Of a stretch of 64,000 bases of DNA, positions 18,852 to 28,745 are shown one piece after another. The notes below the pieces were generated by a model that saw only the letters and a list, made by a program, of their open reading frames with translations, searched no databases and was not told the origin of the DNA. The position numbers and the translations under genes are program-made. The stretch lies in the IMG/VR virus record IMGVR_UViG_3300048802_000015, positions 17,906 through 81,905 of that record; one strand, given 5' to 3'. Source of the stretch: a virus. Its lineage: Duplodnaviria; Caudoviricetes. Every line of letters begins with the position of its first letter. The first letter of the stretch is position 1.

Positions 18852-19524
18852 GGCATCCGTCCCGCTTGTCTTCGGCTATCGCTCGCGCGATTTGGGCGAA
18901 GGCGATATCATCGTAGTAGCCTAGACTACATTGCTTGCCGTCAATGCGTATGCTCGCTCCCCACTTCTTGATTCTTTTGTGCCACGACACGCCTTGGCAC
19001 CCACTCGTATTTGCCTTCTTCATACGTTGATTGCGTGCCTGCTGTGTTGCTGTCGCCCATTGACAGTTTCCAGGTTCGTAATTGCCGTCGTTGTCACGGC
19101 GGTCAATCGAATGCTTCGGCGATGGACGCTGCCCCATGTCGGCTAGAAAGTTCTCGAACTTCAGCCATCGCTCACAGACCGTGATGCCACGCACGACGTA
19201 GTTTGCATGATCTTTGCCTGTTCTTTTGTGCGTCCGCTGGATCATTGACCACCACACCACATACTCTGGAGTTGCTGGCCTATTCACTGTTCTCGCCTTG
19301 GAACATCCATGCGTTAATCGTGCCGCCGCTGCTCTTTCCTTTTGCAGACATCCACATGATTGTGTCTCGCCCTTGCGCAGAGACCGCCCTATGACTACCT
19401 TTTCTTTCCCACAATCACACTTGCAGATAAATCTTTTTTTCTCTCCGTGTTGGCAGTCTCCAAACGGAGCCAATACGGTGAGCCGTCCATGCCTTTCCCC
19501 TACCATTTGAACGTAGCGTATCAC
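18844..19524 (-). CDS. HNH endonuclease (GRLTV type) with AP2 domain
   Basis: HGRLTV, CKCDCG, QSCGC, RGITVCERWLKFENFLADMG, SIDRRDNDGNYEPGNC; paralog of 8949-9599. Confidence 0.9.
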   Translation of the reverse strand: MIRYVQMVGERHGRLTVLAPFGDCQHGEKKRFICKCDCGKEKVVIGRSLRKGETQSCGCLQKERAAAARLTHGCSKARTVNRPATPEYVVWWSMIQRTHKRTGKDHANYVVRGITVCERWLKFENFLADMGQRPSPKHSIDRRDNDGNYEPGNCQWATATQQARNQRMKKANTSGCQGVSWHKRIKKWGASIRIDGKQCSLGYYDDIAFAQIARAIAEDKRDGCHG

Positions 19525-20657
19525 GTGAACGTCACTCCGGTGCTGAGGACTCGAATCATGGTTGTTGGGGTTGCCGGAACTACGTCAAATGCAGGTACAA
19601 CAAGAGAATCGTCGGCAATTATTACGCCAGGAACACTTCTGGCGGCGCTAATTAGACTTGATCGATATAGCGTTCCACCCTCCGGTCCTGGGCTAAGATA
19701 CTGCGCAAGAGCCACGCTGACCGCGCGAATTCTCGCCACCGCCAGCGCCTCAGAAAAGCCGGTGAGGAAGGCGAGCTTCCACGTGACCGCCTGTTGCACA
19801 ACCTGGCCGCCCAGCACCTGCACCGGGATTCCCGCCGCCCTGAACTCTAGCAGCGTGTCGATCACTGCCTGGATCATGACCGAGCTCGCATTTCCCGCCC
19901 TATCCCCGATCACGAGCTGAACGAACGCCGCAGGGAAGCCTGTGGTTGGATTCGCGATCTCCGTCGCAGTGGCCACGGCCACGCCATCCACCTGCAGAGC
20001 GCCGAACTGGATCGCCCCGAGCACGCCCCGGCGCAGCGTCGGGAAGAACCCGCGCACCCGGCCGATCAGTTGGATGTCGGTCTCGGTCTCTGTCCCGCCG
20101 GACGCGGTGGAAGGGTTCCCGAACGAGTCTAGGGCTGGTGCCACGGTCAGCGTCGAATCGAACGGCTGGTCGACGAATGCCAGGAGCGTGTTGCCAGGAA
20201 GGTTCCCGGCCTCGCCAGCAACCAGAGCGGTGACCGAGACGGGCAGGCTCAGGTCGGTCGTGCCGAAGACTACGTCAGCGTTCGTTCCGTATTGGGTGCC
20301 GTCCGGAGCCGTGATGCGCGAGCCAGACGAGTAGGTCCCGGTGCTGGGCCCGCTCGGACGGCTCAGTATCAGATCCCAAGTCGCGGGCGTAGCGCTGAAG
20401 CGGAGGAGACCGGTCCTGTCGAAAACCCCGCGGTCGAGCTGCGCCCCGCGGGCGCTGTCGATGAACGCTCCTCGCACGGCGTCCGCGCCTCTTTTCACAA
20501 TCTCTTGCCCGAGCACGGCGCTGGTGCCTACGGCGATGTTTATGTTCGAGCCTGGGACGTCGACCACGGCAGGATTCACCCGCGTGCCAGGCGTCGTCAC
20601 CACGGCGCGCCGCCCTACTTGGAAAAGTTCACTTGCAGTGGGGAACAATGACGGCAT
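19521..20657 (-). CDS. Baseplate J-like protein
   Basis: DSARGAQLD, VTALVAGEAGN, SGGTETETD..L..R, RAAGI. Confidence 0.88.
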   Translation of the reverse strand: MPSLFPTASELFQVGRRAVVTTPGTRVNPAVVDVPGSNINIAVGTSAVLGQEIVKRGADAVRGAFIDSARGAQLDRGVFDRTGLLRFSATPATWDLILSRPSGPSTGTYSSGSRITAPDGTQYGTNADVVFGTTDLSLPVSVTALVAGEAGNLPGNTLLAFVDQPFDSTLTVAPALDSFGNPSTASGGTETETDIQLIGRVRGFFPTLRRGVLGAIQFGALQVDGVAVATATEIANPTTGFPAAFVQLVIGDRAGNASSVMIQAVIDTLLEFRAAGIPVQVLGGQVVQQAVTWKLAFLTGFSEALAVARIRAVSVALAQYLSPGPEGGTLYRSSLISAARSVPGVIIADDSLVVPAFDVVPATPTTMIRVLSTGVTFT

Positions 20658-20676
20658 CTGGCACCTAGCCTATCAC

Positions 20677-21486
20677 TTAGGTCGTTGTCCGTGTCGAGAA
20701 CGTAAATACCTGGTTGGTCTTGGTTTGGACTCGCTCGTCGACGATGGCCAGCCCTCGCGCGTCGACCGTGACCTGAATCGCCGCGTCCTGCACATCTGGC
20801 TCCTGCTTGAGCTGCTGGCGCAGGTCGGCCTGTAGCGCCCCGATGCGGTTCGTCACCATGGGCGCCTTGGGCTGGAATACGCTCCCGTAGCCGGGCAGGT
20901 GGGCGAAGGCGTTCTTCGCCGTCAGGGTCCGGCGCAGGCAGCGCATCTTCGTGCTCGGGATGCCGGTCACGTTGTCGATGTCGCCGTTCGTCGCCGTGAG
21001 GCCGTTGTCACCGCTGGCGAAGTCGATGATCCCCTGCTTGGCGCGGGTCTGGCGATTTCTGGTTGGCCTGGTGGCCCCGACGAAGGGCTGGCTGTAGGGG
21101 AAGCCCATGGTGTCGCCGTCGCCGGCAACCAGGCGCGGGGTCACGGTCAGAGAGTACGAAAGCCCCACCACCAAGGGCCGGTCGGTCTGGACATCGATCC
21201 CGACCTCGCCCGCGTTCAGGAGCCCGAAGGCCGGGAACTGAATCACGGCCGCCGTGGCGACGCAGAGTGGCTTGGTACCGGTGCCCGTGGTGAGCACCAC
21301 GTCGTAGTTGGCGCCGTTCAGTCCGTCGTTGTTCGCAGCCGAGCTCTTGGTCCTTGGAGCCTTGTTGAAGACCGCGCGCACGATCTGGCCGGCGACTGCG
21401 ATGGCCCGGACCAGGTGCAACCCGCCACCACCACCCATTGGGTCGCCGAATGCTTCACCGCCGAAACCGCCGAATGTGGTCATCAC
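20677..21486 (-). CDS. Baseplate protein: N-terminal Ig-like domain plus C-terminal gp25/gpW-like domain
   Basis: C-terminal GDID...RCLRRTLT...HLPGYG...LKQEPDV. Confidence 0.7.
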   Translation of the reverse strand: MMTTFGGFGGEAFGDPMGGGGGLHLVRAIAVAGQIVRAVFNKAPRTKSSAANNDGLNGANYDVVLTTGTGTKPLCVATAAVIQFPAFGLLNAGEVGIDVQTDRPLVVGLSYSLTVTPRLVAGDGDTMGFPYSQPFVGATRPTRNRQTRAKQGIIDFASGDNGLTATNGDIDNVTGIPSTKMRCLRRTLTAKNAFAHLPGYGSVFQPKAPMVTNRIGALQADLRQQLKQEPDVQDAAIQVTVDARGLAIVDERVQTKTNQVFTFSTRTTT

Positions 21487-22217
21487 ACAGTCCTTGTTTT
21501 GGGTGAAAGGTACGGCAGCTTTTTGAAAGCCGCTATCGCGGTCGCAAGACCAGAAGCCGGAGGCCCAAGCTCACTGTGCACGCCCGCCACTGCATTCGCA
21601 TAGGCTTGCATGGCGTCGGCCAGTGCATTGATAGCTGTCTGTAAATTGTCGCCCTGCGGGACCGGGTGCTGGGCATCTGCGGCCCCGAGTTGGACCTGGT
21701 CCTGCTTTACCCAGATGCACGTCGGGCCAGCGGCGATCGATGCCTTGCCCTTTACGCAGCGCAGATCGAAGTCCGTCGTGGCCAGGTAGACCAGCCGGCG
21801 CTTGTTGTCGAAGATCGGAACCCCGGCGGCCATGGGCTGCTTGGCCGAGCGACTGTGCAGAATGTGGGTGATGACCGGGGTCATCAAATCCCCACCGGGG
21901 CACTCGACCAGCACCTGGTCGCCGGGGCGAATCGGGCCGATGTCGCTCGATTCGGCATCACCCTTGCTCCAGAGGGCCGTGACCATCTGCTCGAGCGGTT
22001 CGAGCTTGACGTCGCACTCCACGCCCTCGGGACCGTTCCAGATTGCGTGGGGGTCGTCGGGGTGGAACTCGCCCTGGTCGTCGATGGTCCCAACCGTGCC
22101 GCGGCTGCACCAGTAGCGGGTGTCCATACCGGGCGAGGCGATGCCTTCCCGAAGAGCACTCACGTCGATGCTGCCCACGACGCGCGTGCCGAAACGGTGG
22201 GCGGCAGAACGGCTCAA
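21483..22217 (-). CDS. Baseplate central spike (gpV/gp5/gp45-like)
   Basis: OB-fold-like N-terminus (GPIRPGDQVLVECPGGD), beta-helix then short His-containing tip; synteny. Confidence 0.75.
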   Translation of the reverse strand: MSRSAAHRFGTRVVGSIDVSALREGIASPGMDTRYWCSRGTVGTIDDQGEFHPDDPHAIWNGPEGVECDVKLEPLEQMVTALWSKGDAESSDIGPIRPGDQVLVECPGGDLMTPVITHILHSRSAKQPMAAGVPIFDNKRRLVYLATTDFDLRCVKGKASIAAGPTCIWVKQDQVQLGAADAQHPVPQGDNLQTAINALADAMQAYANAVAGVHSELGPPASGLATAIAAFKKLPYLSPKTRTV

Positions 22218-24460
22218 GGCTGCCCCTTCTGCGCCGCCAACTGCGCCTCGTCGGTAAGCTGCTTGGTCTTCTTGTCCGCGGCCGAGACCCGAATGTTCTT
22301 CTTGCCTCGCTTGGCCGGCTTGAGCTTGCGGCGGTCGTTCATGGCCTTGTCGTCGTCGCTCATACTGGCCGGGTCGTTGTCGGGCATGTAGTTGACCAGC
22401 TCCATCGTGGCCTTGAACCCATCCCCCTCCTCGGCCGAGCAGTGGGTCTTGATGGAGCGCACATAGAAAATGTCCGGCAGCTTGGCGGCGTCGTAGGCCC
22501 GCTGTATTCGCTGCGCCATCTGGTCGATCGCGGTCGTGTTGTTCTGCCCGTCGGTGCTGAGCCAGTTTCCCCAGCGTTCGCGCTGCTTCTCGATCAGCTC
22601 ACGGATGTTGCCGCCCTTGCTGCCGTAGAAGTCCGAAAGACTGGAGATGACTAGGTTGTCGTCCTTCTGGCTGGCCACCACTACCCGCACCGGGCTCCCC
22701 GAGCAGAGGCGCATCAAGTCCGGGTCGTCGTTCTCGCACTTGACCAGCGTCTGTGTACGCAAGCTGGCGTCCGGATCCATGTAGCTCGAAAGATCGTCGG
22801 TCTCCAGCTCGATCGAAAGCTCGGCCCGCGTGAGCTGATGGTAAATGGACACGGCCGCGTCTTCGAGCTGCTGCTGGTTCCGTACCCCCTGAAGTACGAA
22901 GGTGCGAACGATGTCGACCTTGCCCCCGCCCTTGGCCGTCTGTTTGCGCGACTTCCCCTTGGGCTTCCCGGTACCCTTGGCGGCGGCATGGATGTCCCCC
23001 TTCGTTGAGGGGAAGCGCGCCTTCATGACCCGCAAAGTGGCACTGGCGTCGGGATTGTAGGCCCTGACCTCAACCGCCGTGGGTCGCGTTCTGCCCATCT
23101 TTCGGCTGAGCTTCATCGACTTGATGTTGTGGCCCCAGACCATGAAACGAACGTCGCTGGTCCATCGCCCAGACTCGTCGCTGAACTCGCGCGTGAAGCG
23201 ATCCCGAGACCCACCGGCCACGCGAATGTGCGCGTCGGTGATGTCGTCCATGAAGCACTGGGGAGGACTGAGGAGCAGATAGTTGGCAATGTCGGTCTTC
23301 GACTGCCCGAAAGTGATGATCTTCTTTCCGCCGTCCTGCGAGCCAGTCAGTGCCGTTTGGGTGCCGTCGTTGTTGAACGATGCCGACGACAGTGCCGGCT
23401 GGTAGAGCGGCATGCACCCGCACAGTTCGCAAGCCTGCGTGATGAGATCCCAGATCGACATGCCGTCTGGGGTAACGGACTTGGACGGCATTGAAGCCTG
23501 CCCGCCCTGGGCACTGTCTCCGGTGCCATTTGGATCGACCTCGGCGGCCGGCGATTCGGATTGGATCGGAGGCTCTTGCCCCGGCTGCGCTCCGTTGGCA
23601 CGGTTGCGTGATTGGGCCGTCTGCAATGACCGAAGGAGATCCTTGCGTCCGAGCTTGGGTTCCTTGGCCGGGTCGGCGGCAAACCAAACCGCCTGGAAAG
23701 GATCCCCGCCAGCATCGCCTGCAGTCGGAGGGTACTGCGCCAGGATGCGGTTGATGTACGTGGTGAGGAACTCCTCGTCACCATGGATCCTGTAGGCCGG
23801 CGCGTGTGGGTTGATCTTGCCGTCGATCAGTACCGATTCATAGCTGCGGGCCTTGATGTGGATGGTCGCGACTGAATCGCTGTGCTCCATCTCGGGCATG
23901 TCCACGTAGCCATTGAAGCGGCGAATACAGGTCTTCGACGGGATAGCCTTCAGGTGCCAGTTGTCTGGCGTCCCAAAGTCGGCGGAACTGACCGTGCCGA
24001 GATAGCCCTCGACGCGGCACTCGCGAATGATCCGCGGGTCGAGCGGCATGTCGATGAACGGAAACGTCGCCGTCAGTTGGGCGGCCTCGCGAAAGCCGCG
24101 GTCTTCGATCTCCATCTCGGCCGGCACGGTCACGAACTGGACCGAGAAGTCATCCCCCGGCCCGTTCTTGTCCACGGCCGAGCCAGTGACTAGCTTGGCT
24201 TTCTGCTTTTCGAGCTTCGCGTTGGTAGCGCGCAGGGTGCCTGCCTTGCCCTTGCTGCGTGAGGTGCCCAGAACCGAGGCCACTTCCTCTTGGGCAATGG
24301 CGGTTTCGTTCGTGCTGATCTGGGCATCGATCGCCTTGGACGTGGTGTCGAAGGGGGAGTCGGTGGTCTGCGGCGTGGAGTTGTCGGCTGCTCCAAAATC
24401 TTCCAAGCGCACAAAAAGCCTAAGATACCAGCTCGGTCTATACATTCTCGATTCAGCCAT
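22214..24460 (-). CDS. Baseplate hub (gp27/gpD/gp44-like)
   Basis: RFNGYVD..., IHIKARSYESVLID, SIWDLITQACE; between LysM initiator and spike. Confidence 0.75.
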   Translation of the reverse strand: MAESRMYRPSWYLRLFVRLEDFGAADNSTPQTTDSPFDTTSKAIDAQISTNETAIAQEEVASVLGTSRSKGKAGTLRATNAKLEKQKAKLVTGSAVDKNGPGDDFSVQFVTVPAEMEIEDRGFREAAQLTATFPFIDMPLDPRIIRECRVEGYLGTVSSADFGTPDNWHLKAIPSKTCIRRFNGYVDMPEMEHSDSVATIHIKARSYESVLIDGKINPHAPAYRIHGDEEFLTTYINRILAQYPPTAGDAGGDPFQAVWFAADPAKEPKLGRKDLLRSLQTAQSRNRANGAQPGQEPPIQSESPAAEVDPNGTGDSAQGGQASMPSKSVTPDGMSIWDLITQACELCGCMPLYQPALSSASFNNDGTQTALTGSQDGGKKIITFGQSKTDIANYLLLSPPQCFMDDITDAHIRVAGGSRDRFTREFSDESGRWTSDVRFMVWGHNIKSMKLSRKMGRTRPTAVEVRAYNPDASATLRVMKARFPSTKGDIHAAAKGTGKPKGKSRKQTAKGGGKVDIVRTFVLQGVRNQQQLEDAAVSIYHQLTRAELSIELETDDLSSYMDPDASLRTQTLVKCENDDPDLMRLCSGSPVRVVVASQKDDNLVISSLSDFYGSKGGNIRELIEKQRERWGNWLSTDGQNNTTAIDQMAQRIQRAYDAAKLPDIFYVRSIKTHCSAEEGDGFKATMELVNYMPDNDPASMSDDDKAMNDRRKLKPAKRGKKNIRVSAADKKTKQLTDEAQLAAQKGQP

Positions 24461-24470
24461 GGAACACCTC

Positions 24471-24958
24471 GACAGAGGCAGGGCATAGCACCGTCTCCCC
24501 TCCTCCTCTCTGGGGACTCGGTAGGGTCCGCAGAAACGATAGGGATCGCGAGCGAGCTATCAGAGGCAGAGCGCGACTTCTGGCGAGCCACACTGGGGAC
24601 GATGTGTGTGGGTGCTTCTCGTCTTGCTCTTCGGGTGGGATCGCAAGCGATCCGCCCTGGCTGGTGAGTCCAGGCATGCGCCCCTCATAGCGCAGGCCCC
24701 GCCTTCTTCCACGGCCGGTGTGATCCGTGGCCCTCCGGGCGTTGGGACTGATAGGGCCGTCGCCCTGGTCCGCATTTCGTCTCCCGACGTTACTGCGCGA
24801 CTCCAGCCCGGCGTGAAAGCCGGAACAGCGCCCGAACCGGCGCCAGTAGCAGTCCTCTTGACGAGGACCCAGGCATGTGGGAAAGTCTTCATGTCTTGGT
24901 CGCGCTTGACAGCATAGCGCCCCGCCGGCCTCAAAGCTAGCGGGGCGTTCGGCTGTCT
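24471..24958 (-). ncRNA. Candidate large structured ncRNA, element A (homologous to 49660-50078)
   Basis: No credible ORF; many hairpins; six sequence blocks shared in order with element B; GACAG...CTGTC ends. Confidence 0.65.
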
Positions 24959-24969
24959 GGGCTACGCTA

Positions 24970-26271
24970 TCACCCACCCAAGCCTCCCGAGCTATTGGTC
25001 TGCGGCGCACCCCACAACGCGCTCATTGTTGCGGCGTAAGCTGTCGCATCCGGAATCAAGATCGGCGGTGCCCCCAGGTCGCTCGGTCCAGTTGGAGTCG
25101 CCGGCACTTCCGAGCTGTCAAGATCGTTGAACTCTGCGATCAACACCCACAACTCGCTGTTCCCATCGTAGTATTTCGCCGCCAAGTCGCGCAGGTCGGA
25201 GCCCGCCGGTGGCCTCACTTCTGCAATCACGATCGGCTGGGACTGGCTGGCCAGGATGGCGGCCTGCTGGGCGACCTTCTCGGACGTGAGGTCGACTGAC
25301 TCCAAGACGTCGAACTGCTGCCCCATACCATCGAGTTGGTCGAGCGGGTCGTCGGTCGGGAACAGCGCCAGCTTTGCCTGCTTGGCCTGCCGCCTGACGA
25401 ACAAGCCCGCGTCCACCCAATCCTGGCCCGTCAGCCCCTCGACTATTGGCCAGAGGCCACAGACGGCGTCGTAGGCGGCCCGCACGTTCATGCAAGACCC
25501 AACCACACGATCGCAAGCGCCCCGCACACGGTCGGCGACGTTGGCCGGTAGCTCGGCCCCGGATTGGATGACGTCGGTAGCCGTGTCGAGTACCGTCATG
25601 GCGTTGGCGAAGGCGCTCTGCGCATCGTCCAGGGCGTTGTTGACGGTCGCAAGCGCGCTGGTGCCGGCGCCGAGAATGCGGTAGGCCGACTCCTGCCAGC
25701 TCGAGATGTCCGTGGAGGTCTGCAGGAGCGAGTCGGACAGGAAACCGAATTCATCCGCCTTGGTGGCTATCGCCGAAGGTCCGGCCCCGAACGTGGGCGC
25801 CGTGGTCTGGAGGTCTTCGCCCCGCCACTCGAACTCGATGGTCCAGGGGATGATCTGCGGAATCTCAAACTTTGGATCGATGCTCTTGATGATGCCGCGG
25901 CGAACGATCGCCACGTCATTGAATCCCCCCGTCGCGCCCCCGCCCCACCTGACCTCGACCGGGAAGCCGCGATCGACCACGTACTCGATGCGCTTGACGA
26001 GCGCCCGGGCATTCCCATCACCCAGGGCGGCGTCGTACCAGACGCCCGTGATGGTGGTGTTCTCCTTCGTGGAGCCAAAGACCTGCTGGCTGCCTACCGG
26101 GTTGCCGGGGTAGTAAGTGGTCTTGCTCCGCATCTTGGTGGGGAACGAGACGCCCCTAAAGGGCAGCATGGTGCCGATGAGGTCGATCTGGGTCGTGCGG
26201 TCGGCGTCCCCGAGGTTGCCCTCCAGGAGCGTGATGGCGAACGCCGTGGCTTGGCTATCGGGCAGCGCCAT
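24970..26271 (-). CDS. Tail tube initiator/DNA-circularisation-type protein with C-terminal LysM-like domain
   Basis: N-terminal LPFRGVSF...TYYPG; C-terminal DLRDLAAKYYDG.SELWVLIAEFNDL. Confidence 0.8.
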   Translation of the reverse strand: MALPDSQATAFAITLLEGNLGDADRTTQIDLIGTMLPFRGVSFPTKMRSKTTYYPGNPVGSQQVFGSTKENTTITGVWYDAALGDGNARALVKRIEYVVDRGFPVEVRWGGGATGGFNDVAIVRRGIIKSIDPKFEIPQIIPWTIEFEWRGEDLQTTAPTFGAGPSAIATKADEFGFLSDSLLQTSTDISSWQESAYRILGAGTSALATVNNALDDAQSAFANAMTVLDTATDVIQSGAELPANVADRVRGACDRVVGSCMNVRAAYDAVCGLWPIVEGLTGQDWVDAGLFVRRQAKQAKLALFPTDDPLDQLDGMGQQFDVLESVDLTSEKVAQQAAILASQSQPIVIAEVRPPAGSDLRDLAAKYYDGNSELWVLIAEFNDLDSSEVPATPTGPSDLGAPPILIPDATAYAATMSALWGAPQTNSSGGLGG

Positions 26272-28115
26272 CAGAGCCCCCCTGCCATGCCGGTCGAGAG
26301 TCGTCCCTTGCCGGGCGAGTTGGCCAGGCCGCTGATCTCGTTCGTGACCCGGTGGAAGACGCGGTCTGGGTCGGCTTCCTTGAAGTCCTGGGTGATCGTG
26401 AGGTTCTGGATGTTGATGTCGCCGTGGCCGCGGGGGACCTTGCGGAGGTTGGGCGAGGCGCTTTCGCCGGCCGCGAACCGAGCCATAAACTCGTTCATTG
26501 CCGTGGCGATCTGTAGCCCAAACTCCTTGGGCATCATCTTGATGTCCTCGGCACGCGCGTGCTTGACCGTCTCCGGCATTAGGTAGTGGAGCTCGTTGAC
26601 CATCTTGGCGGCGATATCGGATGGAAGCCCTTCGAGCATGCCCCCCACTCCTGCAGCCGTCGCCTTCTGGCCCGGCTTGAGTCCCATGGATTCAAAGGCT
26701 GATTTCATGCTGGCAACAGCGGACTGTTCGCCGGCCTTGCCCTGGTCGCGCATCGCCACGGCCGCGCGTTCGAAATTGTGAACGCTGGTCAAAAGCGAAG
26801 CGGCGCCTCGGCCTTTTCCAAGTTCTTCGGTCTGCTTTGAATCGATGTACTTGGCCAGGCTGTCGGCCGCGATGTAGAGCCCGCCCAGTGCCTCGGTGAC
26901 CATGAACGCCTTGCCGGCCATGCCGGCGAACTTCCCGATGGTGTCGCTCATGCTGGGGCGCATGGCCGTCGAAAGCTCCGTCCCGAGCTTCGCCGCCACA
27001 CCGGATCCGTTTACGTTCACTACCCCGGCGTTCACGGTCATCGCGCCAACGGCGCCGGCCGCAGCCCCAGCCGCTCCTTCACCATGTGCCGCCCCCTTAC
27101 CGGCGAACCCACTCATGAATCCGGCCAGCTTCGAAGCCGCGTAGATAGCGATCAGGCTCTTCCAATGGTCGACGATGAACCCCGTCGCGCTCTTGATGGT
27201 CTGGAAGGCGCCGGCGATCTTCTCGCCGTAGATCGCCATGATGCTCTTCCCGTCCTCTTTGACCGTGCGGATCTTATCGACCCATTCGGAAAGGCTCTTG
27301 GTCTGTTCTTTGAACATCGGGCCGGTGAGGTCGCGCAGCATCTCGTCGACCAGCATCTTGGCTTCCGAGAGCGAGCCGGCCATGTCCTTACCCATCCTCT
27401 GCGCGGCCGGGACCATGGATTTGAGCGAGCTGTCCATCTTCTCAAACATCTGCTCCGACGTGAGCTTCTTCCCACCGTGCTTGCCCCCGGTGTGGTGTTC
27501 GAGGTCGAGGGCATCTCGTAGAGCAATACCAAACGGAGTGACGGCGCGAATGTGCCCGGTGATGAGCGCGCGGTTGACTGTCGACACGGCCTCCTCCGCC
27601 GAGATTCCGTAGACCTTCGAGGCCGCTGCCAGCTTCTCGGTAAGGTCGAGCACGCCCTTCTGGGACATGCCGAGGCGGCCGAACCCGATGGCGGCCACGC
27701 TGCTGTAGACCTGCCCCATCTGCTCGATAGGCTCGCGCAGGGCCATGGCTTGGCGGTGCAGCTCCTCGCCGACTTCCGCCCCCTGCTTCATCGAGTAGGT
27801 CATGCGGTCGACGGCCGAGATGCCCGGCTGCCATCCCTGCATGGCGAACTGCGTACCGGCCACGCTCTTGGTCACGCGGGCCATCTCCATGTTGGCTTCT
27901 TCGGCCTTTTCGAAGATGGCGTGGAGCCCGAACCCGAGACCTACCGAGGCCAGTGCTCCCGTGGCGGCGTGATGGGCGAACTCCCCCACCTTCTCGCGCG
28001 CATGCTCGGCCGCGTGGTGCAGGCGCTCAAACGAGGCCCCGATCTTGTCGGCCGTCGCTGAGGCTTCGTCTTTGGCAGTGAATGCGAGACCTTCAACTTT
28101 GGTGTTCTCGCTCAT
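26271..28115 (-). CDS. Tape measure protein
   Basis: 614-aa Ala/Gly-rich helical protein after the tail chaperone. Confidence 0.85.
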   Translation of the reverse strand: MSENTKVEGLAFTAKDEASATADKIGASFERLHHAAEHAREKVGEFAHHAATGALASVGLGFGLHAIFEKAEEANMEMARVTKSVAGTQFAMQGWQPGISAVDRMTYSMKQGAEVGEELHRQAMALREPIEQMGQVYSSVAAIGFGRLGMSQKGVLDLTEKLAAASKVYGISAEEAVSTVNRALITGHIRAVTPFGIALRDALDLEHHTGGKHGGKKLTSEQMFEKMDSSLKSMVPAAQRMGKDMAGSLSEAKMLVDEMLRDLTGPMFKEQTKSLSEWVDKIRTVKEDGKSIMAIYGEKIAGAFQTIKSATGFIVDHWKSLIAIYAASKLAGFMSGFAGKGAAHGEGAAGAAAGAVGAMTVNAGVVNVNGSGVAAKLGTELSTAMRPSMSDTIGKFAGMAGKAFMVTEALGGLYIAADSLAKYIDSKQTEELGKGRGAASLLTSVHNFERAAVAMRDQGKAGEQSAVASMKSAFESMGLKPGQKATAAGVGGMLEGLPSDIAAKMVNELHYLMPETVKHARAEDIKMMPKEFGLQIATAMNEFMARFAAGESASPNLRKVPRGHGDINIQNLTITQDFKEADPDRVFHRVTNEISGLANSPGKGRLSTGMAGGL

Positions 28116-28725
28116 TCGGTTCTACCTGCCTTCTCTTCTGCTTCAATTCGCCGCTGTAGCGCTGCTGCGAAATCCTCCGCTTGCTCGGTGGTCAGCTTCA
28201 GTATTTCGGAAAGTGGCTGGTGTCCGTACCTCGCAATGTAGCTGATGTGATCCCAGAGATTCCGCCGATGGCGCTCTAGCCGTTTGTCACTTTCTCGCTG
28301 GCTAAAAAATCGGCCGTTGCCTTCACGGTCGGTAGGGCGATCTTTGAGAACCCGCGCAGCACGAGCTCGCGGACTGCCTGGCTGAGGCCCGAGAAGAATG
28401 TCTCCTTCTCGTTGTTGGTCCAGGTGATCTCCTTGCCGTCGGCCGAGACAACAGATCGCAAGGCACCTTCGTACTGATAGGAGGTCTTGCGAGTTTCGGC
28501 CGCCTGCAGCGCCTGAAGCTCCTCGGCGTAGGTCAGTTGGCGCAGCGTGATCGTCGTCGGGTCGGTCGGGAACTCGCGCACGCCCTTGGAGACCAGCACA
28601 GAGTTGCCGTCCTTGTCCTTGTCCTTGTCGAAGACGTCGTCCGGAATCGTGAAGGTGTGCTTCGGGATCTTCCCCAGCAGCGCCTGCTCGATGCTACCAA
28701 TATTCGCAAGATTTACGTCGGCCAT
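28112..28725 (-). CDS. Tail assembly chaperone, extended form via -1 programmed frameshift
   Basis: T TTT TTA slippery heptamer at 28309-28303; -1 frame open to TGA overlapping the TMP ATG; adds ...LWDHISYIARYGHQPLSEILKLT... Confidence 0.8.
28276..28725 (-). CDS. Tail assembly chaperone (short form)
   Basis: GGAGG RBS; ITLRQLTYAEELQA; between tube and TMP. Confidence 0.8.
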   Translation of the reverse strand: MADVNLANIGSIEQALLGKIPKHTFTIPDDVFDKDKDKDGNSVLVSKGVREFPTDPTTITLRQLTYAEELQALQAAETRKTSYQYEGALRSVVSADGKEITWTNNEKETFFSGLSQAVRELVLRGFSKIALPTVKATADFLASEKVTNG

Positions 28726-28745
28726 TGGTCCTCCTGGTTGGGCCT

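Noticed and set aside
24560-24934. ORFs inside element A (and 49760-50025 inside element B)
   Set aside because: No RBS or motifs; A and B conserve nucleotide blocks but not reading frames
24905-24958. IS200/IS605-like end (hairpin followed by TGTCAA)
   Set aside because: TGTCAA is not conserved in element B; no tnpA/tnpB/iscB in window
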